DNA of 63,413 bases, filler included, from Olpidium bornovanus S191 (Eukaryota > Fungi > Olpidiomycota), in assembly GCA_017911155.1 (NCBI GenBank). It is 27 parts of 27 records of this genome, joined end to end, with 100 filler letters (N's around TTAATTAATTAA, not from the genome) between each part and the next. Parts side by side here need not be neighbours in the genome. Positions count along the whole stretch, not along the records: positions 15,166 to 19,141 come from JAEFCI010011493.1; positions 19,242 to 20,824 come from JAEFCI010005518.1; positions 20,925 to 23,700 come from JAEFCI010006128.1; positions 23,801 to 25,472 come from JAEFCI010000372.1; positions 25,573 to 27,256 come from JAEFCI010005195.1; 22 more parts are not named here. One strand, given 5' to 3'. The position numbers and the translations under genes are program-made. The notes beneath the pieces are model-generated. The model saw only the letters and a list, made by a program, of their open reading frames with translations, did not search any database and had not been told where the DNA came from. This document shows positions 15,166-27,356 of the stretch, piece by piece (position 1 is the stretch's first letter; each line of letters begins with the position of its first letter).

Positions 15166-15338
15166 CATGGCAGCCGCGCCTATATAAAACGCATATACCA
15201 CACACCTCTAGAGCTATAGAACCCGTGCTCCAGACGTAGTCTCCCAGATCCAGACCCAGATTCCAGAGCTAGACTCGTGAAATATTACAATCTCCAGATA
15301 GCGCATTGCGCAGATTACGTACTTCACTTGTTACAGGG
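15166..15338 (+). mobile_element. Probable LTR fragment (3' part)
   Basis: TATATAAA at about 15181, CCAGATCCAG-type repeats, and an end at TGTTACA. A similar CCAGATCCAG-containing, AT-richer segment lies at about 18700-19141. Confidence 0.4.
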
Positions 15339-18300
15339 AGAGAGAGGGAGAAAGAGAGAATTCGCAAGCTTTTTAATGCAAAACCCCTTATCGCACAACA
15401 CAGTCCAAAAGCGTTTAACGGTATACAAAGCTCCTTGGGCGCCTGTTTCAAGGCTGAAAAACCGGGTGCTTGGCGACTGCCGCCGTTTCCGGTAGCTGCC
15501 TCGCTTTTTCGGGTTTCCTCGTTTTCTTTTATCTCTTTCTGCCTTTAAAGCGTCGAAAGCTTTCTCTACTGGTGCGAACCCCGGCGCGCCGGCCAAAACA
15601 AGGTCTATGCCCTGTACAAAACGGGCGCAAACAGTGTCAGAAGCCCTTGTGATCGGTTGCGGTGTTCGAATGACCACTCCTTAAAGGTAGATACTTACTA
15701 CGCAAAGTGGCAACGCCTGTCGGTGACCTCAGTATTTCCGCGAATTTCTTGAAGGGTTTCCCCTCCTTCGAAAGCAAAGCAGCGTTTGACAGGTCGTTTT
15801 TATCCCAGAGCTAAAGGCGAAACTTGGGGATGCCGTGTCGCAACTGGTGGTCCTGGAAGATTTTGCAGATTGCCCCGGGAAGCTTGCAGCCATCCTGGAC
15901 AAGTGGATTAGCTGGCGCCCGCAAGCATGTGTTCCGACAGTGTTATGAAAAGTTTCGTTTGGAAGTGAGTCTAATGTACACCTGGTGATTGTGACACCAG
16001 TACAAGCGTGCCCGCCCTTGTCGAGCCGCCCTTGTCGAGCCGGGCCCGTCCGCAGGGAACAGGCACCGGAATGGACGGTGCGCCGGCATCAAAGCGCGAC
16101 GCCCAACCTCGCGCGCGGGTGCCACACTCGCTCGCTTGCATTTTCTTTCTCTTCGGCCAACGCGGATTCGGCGGCGACGCGTGGTGGGGGGCCGGCGTCG
16201 GTGGCAGTGGGGAAGGCGCGCGTGACAGGCGACGCGCAAAACCGCCCACTCGCCGCTGGAAAACGAGGGCGCTGTGAGAGACGACGCCCGGCGCATTAAT
16301 CTTTTGAGCTGCCCCGAGGCTTTATAACGTGGCCCCTGGTGCCTCAGGGGAATTGGAAATGTGCAACGTAGTATTCCGGGAAAAAAGGTGTCTATAAAGA
16401 GAATAAAGGGAAACCACCCGCGTCAGGGAGAGGATCTTCCACCGCGGCTTTTGGGCAACCATTCCAGGGAGGAAAATCCTAATTTTTAATAGAAATGTTC
16501 TATAGTCGCCGTCCACGTCGACATAATTGGGCAGCTGCGACGCAGATTTTCGGCGGCCGGCCCGGTATCAATGGTCGGTTATCCGGGTAACAATCTGCAT
16601 GCCGAAGCGGGGGTCTTTCGGGGAAGCTAGGCCGGCGCGGCCTAGGGGGGTTATAACGTGGAAGGGAAGGAAAGAACAAACAATAAAAAACTAGCGGTGG
16701 AATGTCATGAATGGAGCGGGAGGCGGATGCGACGGCATTGGGTAGGGGGGGGGGGGGAACCAGCCGCCCTCGGTAAAAGTCTCTGTTTCCGGCGCAGCGA
16801 AAAAAAAAAAAAAGACCGAGCGTTCTGCTTGCCCGTGATACAGGCGGCACTTCCGAGGTCTCGCAAATAGCATTTTAGAGACGACGACGGCGACAACCTT
16901 TTGATGCGGTTGCCAGTTAATTTATTTCTCATGCGCGGCATCGCTTTACTTTTGTTTGACTGTTGTTGCATTTGTGCCTTTAGGGGTTGAGCCCGACGAT
17001 TATCAACGTTATCAGAGATTTAAGGGATCAACGAACATCTTTTTCGTAATCAGGAGAGGGCAACAGCGACCAGCAGGTCCGATCCGTAAAAGTGGTGGCA
17101 TCGGCAGCTCCGCGGTTAACTCTCACCGATAACCGCAACGCAACAAACGTGCGACATGTGGCCCCAGCAAAGTTAGGTCTATCACGCCAAAAAGGGCGCT
17201 TCACGAACCGAGTGGAGTTAACAGGAATTCGTTCATGTTTCATTTTAACCCTCTGGTCGACGCGCTTGCAGCGAAGTCCCGGGCCGGGCGCTGCAGTCGT
17301 TTTATTTTTTTCTCTTTGAGCGAGCAGGGACAACAGGGGAAGGGGGGGAGGAAGAATCCGACGAACAGCGGCACGCTCCGCAAGGGGGGAAGGGGAAGGG
17401 GGAAATGGGCGAACGGGAGGGCCGCAGCGGAGAGGGCGGACGAACGTGAAGCAAAGGACGAAATGGCGGGTGACAAGGGCGGGCCGATGATATCGTTTCC
17501 TCCGCCGCCGCCCCCTCGTCGTCTTCGCTCTCTTCGCTCGTTCCGTCGCCCGCATCGTCCTCCCCCTCGGTCCTCCTTCCTGCCTCGTCGTTTTCCTCCT
17601 TCCTCCTCCCCTCGACGTGCGTTCCTCACGTTAATTCCCCGGACCGCCCCCCCCCCTCCCTTCCCCACCCGTGTCCCGGGTGGCCCTTTTTTCCCCCCTC
17701 CGTCCCTCGTCCCCGGGACGCCCCAAAACCCTTCTCTCGCTCGCAGTCGGCAGACACACAACGCGCACACACACTGACGCTCCGCAACACCCGCACACAC
17801 TCGCAGCCGACAGAGAAACAAGACCGACACACGTACGCCCACACGCTCGCCCCAAAACGGGCCGCTCGCCCGTGTCCGCCGAAACACGATTGCACACCCC
17901 CGCACCCCCCACACACACTTGCCCAAAACGCGCGCGAAAAAAAAAAGAACGCCAGAAAGAGCCGAAGGAGAGGAAAGAGGCGAGGGGAGGGAGAGGGAAG
18001 GGGGGACCTGCTCGCTCGAGGTCAGGTTTGGAACAGAAAGTGGGGCCTGGGAAGTGCTCAAGTGTCTAATAGTGGTTGGGTGGGCCGCAGAGAGTGCGAC
18101 GGAATAAAGCGGAGAAAGAGACGGCCGCGCGAAAGATACGGAAAGCACGGACTTCGCCGCGTCGAGATCTTTGCCGGGCCCCCGCGCGGCGGCCGCGGTC
18201 TAGGTGCCCGGGACCGAAAAGGCGCCTGACTCGCGTACTGCAACCGCACCTTTAACCACCCGCGGCCTCCGGCCGCCCTCCTTCGCCAACCCCGCCAAGG

Positions 18301-19241
18301 ACGAAAGCCGGACGACTGCGAAAACAAAGAGCGCGGCGCTTCGCGCGGCAGTCCGGCGGCCGGCTAAGACGGATCCGAACCACCAGTACTTTGCAACCAA
18401 TACCTATTGCATTTAAACCAATACCATTTCAGTGTCCTACCTAAGTTCCCGACTAACGACGGTGCGCGTACTTTGCGACCGAAAGTCCAGGGAAACGTCC
18501 CTGCGACGCACCGCGAGCGTCCCCGGCGCACAAACGCCTCCCCGGCCGGAACCGGCCTTAGGCCCGCATAAAATGAAGTGGGGATCAAAAAGTCTATTTT
18601 TCGCCATTTCATTCTCCGACCATCTTTCATTTCGACCCCGCCCTCGACTGACCAAATTTGACAGTGTCCACAAGCATTTTATACTTATACCTTAAGCTAC
18701 TATTATATTACTACCAGACTATACCTACTACTGCGTACTTCGTTGATGTGGATCCTGTTTATATACGGTATATTTTACCCCTAGAACTATATGTAAATAA
18801 ATTCTAATTTTGCCCCTGATTTGCCCTCCTTCGTGCAGATGGTGCACAGAATGACGGCTAAAATCTTGGCAAATCGCCATGATGTTGTAATACTTGAATA
18901 CTTCTGAGCCAGACTCCAGTAGTCGGACTACAATGCTTGATATTATGCCCATTATGCGTCCATCATACTCACTATTCACACCACATTCAATGCATGCATT
19001 TTGCGGCCTGCCACAGCGAGCATGCCTAAATAATGTGCTACGCCTATACCTTAGGCATACGAGAATTTCCCAAACTTCCAGATCCAGTTCTTGAATCCAG
19101 ATCCAGAACTAATCAACTACAATGTCCAATTCACGCCGTGCNNNNNNNNNNNNNNNNNNNNNNNNNNNNNNNNNNNNNNNNNNNNTTAATTAATTAANNN
19201 NNNNNNNNNNNNNNNNNNNNNNNNNNNNNNNNNNNNNNNNN

Positions 19242-20712
19242 CATGAAGGACGACTCCCGCGTCGACAGGGAGCCCGTCAGCCACGATTACAGTCTCAGGG
19301 CCGCCATCTACAACTGGACCTTCAAGCAGGTCGTGTCCGGATGCGACGGGTCGGTCATCAACGTCTGGGTATGCCACGGAAGTCGAACCGAAAAAAAAAC
19401 ATTTTTTTTGTGGGCGGCTACGCAACTGCTGAGAAGATGACTTGGTTGGGACGGCGCTTCGATTTTTTTTATACATATGAATGGTTTTTTTTTTTTCGTT
19501 CCTCCTCGTCAACGAAGGACGCCGTGACTGGGGCCAAGGTCTTCCAGTTTTCCAGAGTCCACGACGACTCAGAGATCACGGCGATGGCTTTTGACGCTTC
19601 CGACAGGCGCCTGATCACCGGGGGCCGGAACGGCACCATCCGGGTGTTCAACTTCAACAACGGCCAGTGCATCCACGAGCTGGTGAAGGAGGACAACTCC
19701 GAGGTCACGGGCATCTGCTACATCGACATGAAAGAGAGCCAGTTCATCGTCACCGCCGGCTGGAACCGGCACATCACCATGTTTTACGACGACCCGGACA
19801 CCTTCAGGATTTACCCGTGGATGACGATCAGGGGCACCGGCCATCGGGAAGACATGTACGGCGCAGAAAGAAACAAAAATAAAAAAAAATTGCCGTCCCG
19901 GGTCCGATCGCGAAATTCGGGAGGAGCGGAGGCTCACCGCACAAAAAAAAAAAAAAAAACAAAAAAAAAAAACAAATGGCTTTTGCGCCACCCCGTCCGT
20001 CCGTCGCAGACTGTCCATGACTTTCTGTCCTCCGAATCTTCTGGCGACGAGCAGTTACGACGGAGACATTCGGATCTGCAACCTCGTCTCCGGGCACGTC
20101 CTGCACCGCATGTCGTCGCAGCCCGTGCTTGACCGTTCGCTGATCGAGGACCCCACGACGCTCTCGATCGACAAGGGTGAGAGTTCGGTTTCCGGCCCCA
20201 CGTTTTCGAGCGCGAAAATTTTAACAAGGAGCTGGATTTCGAAAAACTGCCCGCGTCCCGGCCCTTCCTCCCCCTTCCCAAACCCTTCCACACCCCCTCC
20301 CCCATCCTCCCCGCTCCCCCGCCAGTGATCTTCCTCTGCGCGCGCGCGAAGAACGGCTCCCTGTGCACGCTGGTTTCCACGGGCGGGGACGGGGCCCTCC
20401 GCTTCTGGAACGCGAAGGAGGGCCAGCTCCTCTGGTTCTGGGACACGAAGCGGAACGGCAGGCTGGAAGGGATATACGCGATGACGACCAACGCCAAGAA
20501 CGACATGATCATCACCGCGGACGCCGCGGGGCAGGTGTCGGTCTGGGACATTTCGGCGGTTTGCGTGGACGGCGTCCCGGACGCGGACTTCGAACTGCCG
20601 CTGCTGGCGAGCTGGAGGGCCCACGTGGCGGGCATCGTCAGCGTGGAGTACAACGAGCACGAGAGCGTGGTCATCACGGCGTCGACGGACCGGTGCGTCC
20701 GCGCGTGGACGG
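19242..20712 (+). CDS. WD40 repeat protein of the WDR49/WDY family (internal exons)
   Basis: HDYSLRAAIYNWTFKQVVSGCDGSVINVW | DAVTGAKVFQFSRVHDDSEITAMAFDASDRRLITGGRNGTIRVFNFNNG...TAGWNRHIT...GHRED | MTFCPPNLLATSSYDGDIRI | ...SWRAHVAGIVSVEY...TASTDRCVRAWT. Matches my recollection of WDR49/WDY. Confidence 0.8.
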
Positions 20713-20747
20713 TGGGTCTCCCGTCGGGGGGGGGGGGGGGGGGGGGG

Positions 20748-20790
<43 letters not shown>

Positions 20791-20924
20791 CGGGGGGGGG
20801 GGGGGGGGCCCGGCGGGAAGGCGGNNNNNNNNNNNNNNNNNNNNNNNNNNNNNNNNNNNNNNNNNNNNTTAATTAATTAANNNNNNNNNNNNNNNNNNNN
20901 NNNNNNNNNNNNNNNNNNNNNNNN

Positions 20925-21520
20925 ACGCGGCCTGGCATCGCCTTCACTATATTTTTCTCAACCCAATTTATGGAGAAGCCAGGCGATCAATATGGGAGGG
21001 CCGTTAAAAGTGTCATCCAGTATCTGAAATGGATCGTGGATCATGAAGGGATCATCAAGGGCACCTTTACGAAGGCGAAACCAGAAGTTTTAAGTGACGC
21101 TGAATGGGACGGCTGCCACGATACTCGAGCACCAACCACGGGGATGCTGGTCCCGTATAGTGGCAGACCAGTGTCATGGAGGTATTCGCGGAAGTCGTGC
21201 ATCGCAACCTCATCCTGTGAAGCCGAGTTCGTCGCCAGATCAATCTTTGTCGCGCATAAAGTCAAATGGCTGCGGCTCATACTTTATCACTTAAACACTC
21301 AGGCGACCGCAGGCCCGACAGTTTTTAAAACGGACAACGCGAGGCAGCATGGCTTGCATCAAATGCCAAGGCAACTGGCCGACCAAAGCATATCGAATTA
21401 AATCCCATCTTCGTTGAGCGTCACCGAGGGTATCGTCAAGATCCAGCGCGTTGCATCATCCGAAAACCCCGGCCGATAGGTTCACGAAGCCTCTGGGGAA
21501 AATTTGATTTTCGAGGTTCC
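20925..21520 (+). mobile_element. Degenerate Ty1/copia RT end + RNase H
   Basis: VKSVIQYLK...SDAEWDGCHDTRAPTTG...VSWRYSRKSCIATSSCEAEF...TDN; frameshifted. Confidence 0.9.
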
Positions 21521-21751
21521 GAGGTCATGCCGGGGTACACCCCGTTGGGATTGCGCGCCGGAAACGACCACCCAAGATGGGGGCGATCAGGGAGGTCGAC
21601 GAGGAATAGAGTCCAGGCGAGGCGAACGCAGGCAGGGAGCACAGTGCAAATGTGAAATCGCCCGAGAATTAGTCCCTATTAGGTAGATAGACGTCGGGTT
21701 TGTACTTTCTGTCGGTGACCATGGGGGCAATGAGTGCTAGGTGAGGCGGGG

Positions 21752-21943
21752 CGTAGAGAAATGAAGGCAGCCCCTGGCGCAGCGGCACTACGCGCTCCAA
21801 CCTCCTTTTCCTTCTCTAGAATCCCCATCGGGTTGCCGCACAAAAGAGGCGTAGAGAAGATAGCCCGAATACAGACTCGGCTTTCTTCCCGTCCCCGTGA
21901 CGAAGCCAGGCGGCACTCTGATTTTCGGCTCCGAACTACAACA
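21752..21943 (+). mobile_element. 3' LTR of the copia element (starts CG rather than TG; ends TACAACA)
   Basis: Preceded by the purine tract GGTGAGGCGGGG (about 21740-21751). Ends TACAACA like the LTRs at 40566-40782 and 48644-48899. Confidence 0.6.
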
Positions 21944-22206
21944 GGGAGGACGGTTCGGTCATCAAATTCCGGGTGGCGCGTTTGGCCGACCTTTCAACGT
22001 GACTACGCCTGTCGGAAAAAGTTGGCCGTTCCACCTCTTTCACGGCGTTGCTGCGCTCGCTCAAGGACCGCCCCGCGCTCGACGGCCGAGAACAAGGCCG
22101 CCAGGCGGGACCAGACTTCGTTTCCCGAAGGGCTTACGAGGGGCGCCAACCGCGCACGGCCGAGCGGGCGAAAAGTGCCCGACAACCGCCCCGCACGGGA
22201 GCAGTC

Positions 22207-23688
22207 ATGTCGCAATATTGGCTAAACCCGGTCGTGTTCGTGCAGGCGCGCCCGGCCACGTTAAATTCTACTTCCGCTCTCGACCCTCCGCCTTCGTCGT
22301 CGCTGTCACCGTCGCCAGACGGCCGGCCCGCGGCCGCTGCTCCCGGTGGTTTCGAGGTTTGGACGGGAGACGACGAGTACGGCGAAGACGGGAAACCTCG
22401 CGGGCCGAGTGGCGCCGGCGTCACGGGAGAGGAGCGGCAGAGGCGAACGGACAGCCGGGAAGCCGCAGAGGATCAATCAACCTCCGGCGTTGCGGGGCGT
22501 GATTCCTCTCCCGGCCCACCGTTTGGGCGACCGCCGGCGCCGGACAGGCCGCCGCCCTTCGCCGGCGTGGACGTCGTCAGCCTGTACCAGCAGATCATCA
22601 CGCAGCAAGCCGGCCGGTCTGCGCTTGCAAGCGCCGGGGCGGAAGAGGTGGACGGAGAAGACGCAGCGTCTGGAGGAGAAACTGCCGACGAAGGGGCGGA
22701 GGAGGAGGTAGAGGAGGACGAGGACGAGGACATTTTTTCCGAACGGCCGCCGCCGAAGGTAGCCCAGCCGCCACGAGCAATGAGGCAGCCGTCGTCCCCC
22801 CCGGCGCTGGAGGTGGAACCGGACGGGCCGCTGGTGTATTGCGAAATCTGCGAGCTCGAGGTTCCGGAGGACGACTTCGCGCGGCACGTCCGCGGGACGG
22901 CGCACATGCTCTCGAAAGCCATGAAGGACGAAGAGGCCGGCGATGGGGCGTCCGCGGCCGCGAAGCACCGGATTTTTGGACCACACGGCCTGGGCCCGTC
23001 CAACGTCGGTTATCGGTTGGCCGTGCAGGCGGGCTGGGAATTCGACAAAGGCCTGGGCGTGGAGGGACAAGGGGAAATTTTTGTCGTTTGCCGTTTTTCC
23101 TTTGTGTTTTCTTTTTTTAAAGAAAAAAATGTCGAACATAACGTCGACGTTGGAAGTGACCGTGTTTATTCTCGACGTTTTGTGTGTGAAAGGTATACGT
23201 GAACCTATCCCGACCACCGTGCGAATAGGCAGGCTCGGCATCGGCCACAAGAAAGCGGGGCGAACGGCAGTATCGCACTCGACTGTGGACATTGAGAAGT
23301 TGAAAGGAGCGAAGATCTCAAAGCGCTCGGGAGCAGACACGGTAAGGTTCTTTGTTAGAGGCGGCGGGGGGGGGGGGGCAAAACGCCCACATTCTCGATT
23401 TCTATTTCGACCGCTTTGCATCCCACAAGAGGAAGCCCTTTTATATTTTGGGCGATGGCGAACTGGTTTTGGATCAGGAAAATCCCCTTCGATTCGTGCT
23501 CATCAGCACCGCTCCCAAACCCTGTGTTTAAACGCGTTGCTGTTGCTGCTTCGTATCTCTTCGCGACCATCTCTTTTTGACCGAGCCTCGCTTAGGCTCT
23601 TCAGAAGATGACAGGGAAACAGCTTCGCAGAGCCCACGAGCGGGACAGAGCAAAAACAAAAGCGATAATGCAGTATTTGAGCAGATAA
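22207..23688 (+). CDS. G-patch domain protein with a C2H2-like finger (GPANK1/BAT4-like)
   Basis: YCEICELEVPEDDFARHVRGTAH followed by the G-patch LGPSNVGYRLAVQAGWEFDKGLGVEGQG | IREPIPTTVRIGRLGIG | ...QLRRAHERDRAKTKAIMQYLSR* (TAA 23686-23688). Appears complete, with 2 introns. Confidence 0.8.
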
Positions 23689-23800
23689 TATAAAAACATG
23701 NNNNNNNNNNNNNNNNNNNNNNNNNNNNNNNNNNNNNNNNNNNNTTAATTAATTAANNNNNNNNNNNNNNNNNNNNNNNNNNNNNNNNNNNNNNNNNNNN

Positions 23801-24665
23801 CCATGCTGTCTCCCTTTGCCCGGCCCGACGAGCTGTCATCGAAATCGACGGCGTACCGCCCTGGCCGCCTCCATCACGGGAACGTGTGTCGCTAACCCGG
23901 GGTCTGCGCCGACGCGCCCCCCTATCGCAAACACGCGACTCACTGTCGCCGGGATCACCGTGCACTCCTGTCGACGTCGACTTTGGTTCTTTCCTTCGAT
24001 CCCACCCGAGGGCCCCGTACCCTTCGCAGCGCTTGGCCCTTTCACGCCGAGCGCTGCCGCAGAAAACCCGCTTTTTCGGTCTCTGCGCTGGAATTGTCTT
24101 CGTCTCCCCCCTTGCTTGACCCTGGCTCGAGGGAGCCCTGCCGCCAACCGCCACCCAGCACCGTACCCTTCTTTCCTTCGATCCCACCCGAGGGCCCCGT
24201 AACTTTCACAGCACTTGGCACCCTCACGCCGAGCGCTGCCGCAGAAAACCCGCTCTCCAGGTCTCTGCGCTAAAATCGTCTTCGTCTCCCCCCTCGCTCG
24301 ACCCTGGCTCGCGGGAGCCCTGCCCGCTAACCGCCACCCAGCACCGTACCTTTCCCACGTTTGCTCTCGAAATCCACGTGACCCCCGACCCGTCTGGTTG
24401 ACATTGCAGCCCCAGATGAGACGCCATGAGCCAGGTTTGCCCCAGGATGAGAGGATAGCCCAAATTGTCCTGGATAAAGAGGTTGACCGTCGTCGACAGG
24501 TCGCCCACTTCGAGCTGCACGTTCGGGCAAGCGCCCCTGAGATATGATCGCCCGTGTGCGGTGCACATTTGCCAATTGGGTCGCGGATCGTAGAGCCAGT
24601 TGGCATCATCCGCCAGCTGCGCGTCGGCAACGGTGATCTTGCTCCCCGAGTCGATCTTTTCGAGT
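23801..24665 (-). mobile_element. Degenerate Ty3/gypsy aspartic protease region
   Basis: KIDSGSKITV (active-site DSG)...GACPNVQLEVGDLSTTVNLFIQDNLGYPLILGQTWL. Interrupted upstream by a copia insertion. Confidence 0.75.
23987..24350. repeat. Tandem duplication, 2 x 182 bp
   Basis: Copies 23987-24168 and 24169-24350 both begin TTCTTTCCTTCGATCCCACCCGAGGGCCCCGTA and end CAGCACCGTACC, with scattered substitutions. Confidence 0.9.
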
Positions 24666-24667
24666 TA

Positions 24668-25472
24668 TGTGTTTTGCGCCGCTGACGCGTTGGTTTATTC
24701 GGAAGAGGGGTTTACACGTTATAGGGAAGAGAGAGAGTAACATTAAGGGGTTACGACCACAGGACTCGGGATTCAACACTCCTCCTTGTCGCCTACAGAG
24801 TGATAGTACAGGGGAACGGTAGGCGGCAGATAAAATGAAATAAACCCCAAAAAATGAGGAAGGGAAGGAAGAAGGGAATGCTAAACAGTAACGGGAAAAC
24901 AAGCCAATGGAAACCACACACTCGGAGAATCGGGGTTTGGATAAGCTTTTGGTGAAAACGTCTGCAGTATTCTGTGAAGTATCGATAGGTAACACTTCAA
25001 TCGTCTTCCGTTGCACCTGCTCGCGTACGAAGAAGTGCCAGACGCTAATGTGCTTGGATTTGTTGCTGACTTGGCGTCCATTGCTTGCCAGTTCAACTGC
25101 GCCTTGGTTATCCACATATAACTTGGTCGGCAAAATGGAGGGCCTGGTGATGTCAGAAATGATTGATCTAAGGCACATAATTTCTTGAGCTGCTGCAGAG
25201 GCAGCGACCAACTCGGCTTCCGTAGATGACAGTGTGACACAGGGCTGCTTTGCCGACTTCCAGGAGATGGGCAAGTCGTTGTAGAATATGATGTAGCCGG
25301 TAATAGAACGGCGACCTTCGGGGTCATTCGCAAAGTCGCTATCGGCGTATGCATGAAGGGTCTGGGCGCTGCCTCCTGCCTTGAAACAAATTCCCAAGGA
25401 AGATGTTCCGCGAAGATAACGCAAAATGCGCTTGAGTGCGGCCCAATGATAATCTGCCGGGTTGGACATAAA
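24668..25472 (-). mobile_element. Ty1/copia 3' end: RT end + RNase H, PPT and short 3' LTR
   Basis: Open frame MSNPADYHWAALKRILRYLRGT...YADSDFAND...SITGY...SWKSAKQPCVTLSSTEAEL...KHI...ADVFTKSL. PPT AAGGAGGAG at 24787-24779; LTR starts TGTTGAAT at 24778. Its distal boundary (about 24690-24668) is uncertain. Confidence 0.93.
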
Positions 25473-25572
25473 NNNNNNNNNNNNNNNNNNNNNNNNNNNN
25501 NNNNNNNNNNNNNNNNTTAATTAATTAANNNNNNNNNNNNNNNNNNNNNNNNNNNNNNNNNNNNNNNNNNNN

Positions 25573-25669
<97 letters not shown>

Positions 25670-27356
25670 CTTTTCCTTTTCGCGTCTTCGCTGCGGCTTC
25701 CTCCCCTCCCGCGCCTTTCCCGGGCTTCCCGTTCCCGGGTGCCCGTCGCATCGCCGCGGCCGCCAGCGCGGAACGGAGGATGCCGGAGACGAAAGGAAGA
25801 CGACGGCGACCAGACAGGCGCCACCGGCTCGAGCAACTGCGCACGCCCTTTGCCGTCTTTCGAGGTCTTCCGCTTCGCCCCCGCTTCCGCGCACGCGCAC
25901 ACGCGCAGCCGCCCTCTCCCCTCCCCGTCTGCTGGTCCCCCTCGTCAAACTTTCTCAACGCCTTTCTCACAGCCCGAACTTTCCCCTGCACAACTTCCCC
26001 GCAACAACACAACTTGCCCGCCACGCGCGAGGGGAATAAAGAGGCCACGTTTGACTTCACTTTTTACTTCCGGGCTGCAAAAGCGCAGAAAGCATTCAAA
26101 AACACGCCGTTTGCTGTAAAAGCTCCGGGACGATCTCCCGGCTTCCCGTAGACAAACCACAAACCCAAAAAAGAAGAACACCTTCCCGAACACCGCGACA
26201 AATCGCAATTCCATATGTAAAACTTTTCCGGAACCAAAAAGTTTCGTTTTATATTTCGAAGAATCAAAAGCGGTTAAACCGTTTGCGCAGTTTAGCCCCT
26301 GAAGGAAAGTGATTCTCTCGTCTTTATGGAACATCTGCTTATTTACGCACTGCTGATTCTGCGATTTTATATTTCGAGAACGCGGAAATTTTAGTAACCA
26401 GTTAGTCGGAAGTGACGCGCGACGCATCTCGATGTATTCGCAGCATTCGCAGACGCTGGTGGCCCGCCTCTTCGCAGGGCCGTCTATGTCCGCCGATGGC
26501 TTCGGCGCGCGGGGTCGTTAGCAACATGAGGCGGCGAAGTCATCCGCCTTAACAACAAAACACACAGGACGCGTGGAATCGGTGAATTCGCACCGTTGTA
26601 GGCAATAATTCCCGGAGGTGCACAATGCTTCCTCGTTGTGGAGAGCACTTGCTTTATGTGATGACGGCTTCCTCCACGGGAACGGAGGTTATTATTTCGG
26701 CGACCGCGTTTCGGACGGTCATTTCCCCCTCCTCGCAACCCGGGGGGGCGCGCCGTTCGTCTTTGTGTACGCAAAAACGCGCTCTCTCCGCTCTTTCGCC
26801 GCGCGCTCTCTCACTCTGTCTCCGCACACTCTCCCGGCCGCGGGGGATGGACGGGCTGCTGGGAGGACTCAGCGGGCGAGGGGGGGGGAGCGAGAAAGGG
26901 AGGGCACCGAACAGACGGAGGGGAGAGAGGAAACTACACCGTCCGACTGACTTTCTTCTCCGGTCCTGCAGGGTGTACCCCAATCGACTTCTTCGCTGTG
27001 GCACAGGCACAGCCTTGGGCTTCTCCTCACCAGCCTCCTCATCAGTTCCCGAATGACCGCTTCACGCGTTTTGATCTCCGCGACAATCTTCACCTCCGTG
27101 AACGTCTCGACTATAACGACGTTCTCGTCAACGCCCATGTGCGTATGGACATCTGCACGTAGGAGGCAGGTTGTGCCTGCTGGTATATGCACAGTTCCGT
27201 CTTTGTCTCCAGATCACTGCCACTTTTTGTGCAAAGACATTTGGGTCTTGTGAACANNNNNNNNNNNNNNNNNNNNNNNNNNNNNNNNNNNNNNNNNNNN
27301 TTAATTAATTAANNNNNNNNNNNNNNNNNNNNNNNNNNNNNNNNNNNNNNNNNNNN

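Noticed and set aside
15655-15690. GTTCGAAT T-loop-like motif suggesting a tRNA
   Set aside because: No acceptor, D or anticodon stems can be folded around it. No tRNA, rRNA or snRNA was recognised anywhere in the window.
16860-16900. Minus-strand LKCYLRDLGSAAC resembling a kinase DFG-type motif
   Set aside because: No other kinase subdomain motifs nearby and no convincing exon boundaries.
20925-25472. Possible RIP-type hypermutation of the TE remnants
   Set aside because: Decayed elements remain GC- and CpG/CpA-rich and are broken mostly by frameshifts. No obvious C-to-T skew by eye, though a RIP index on aligned copies would be needed to be sure.
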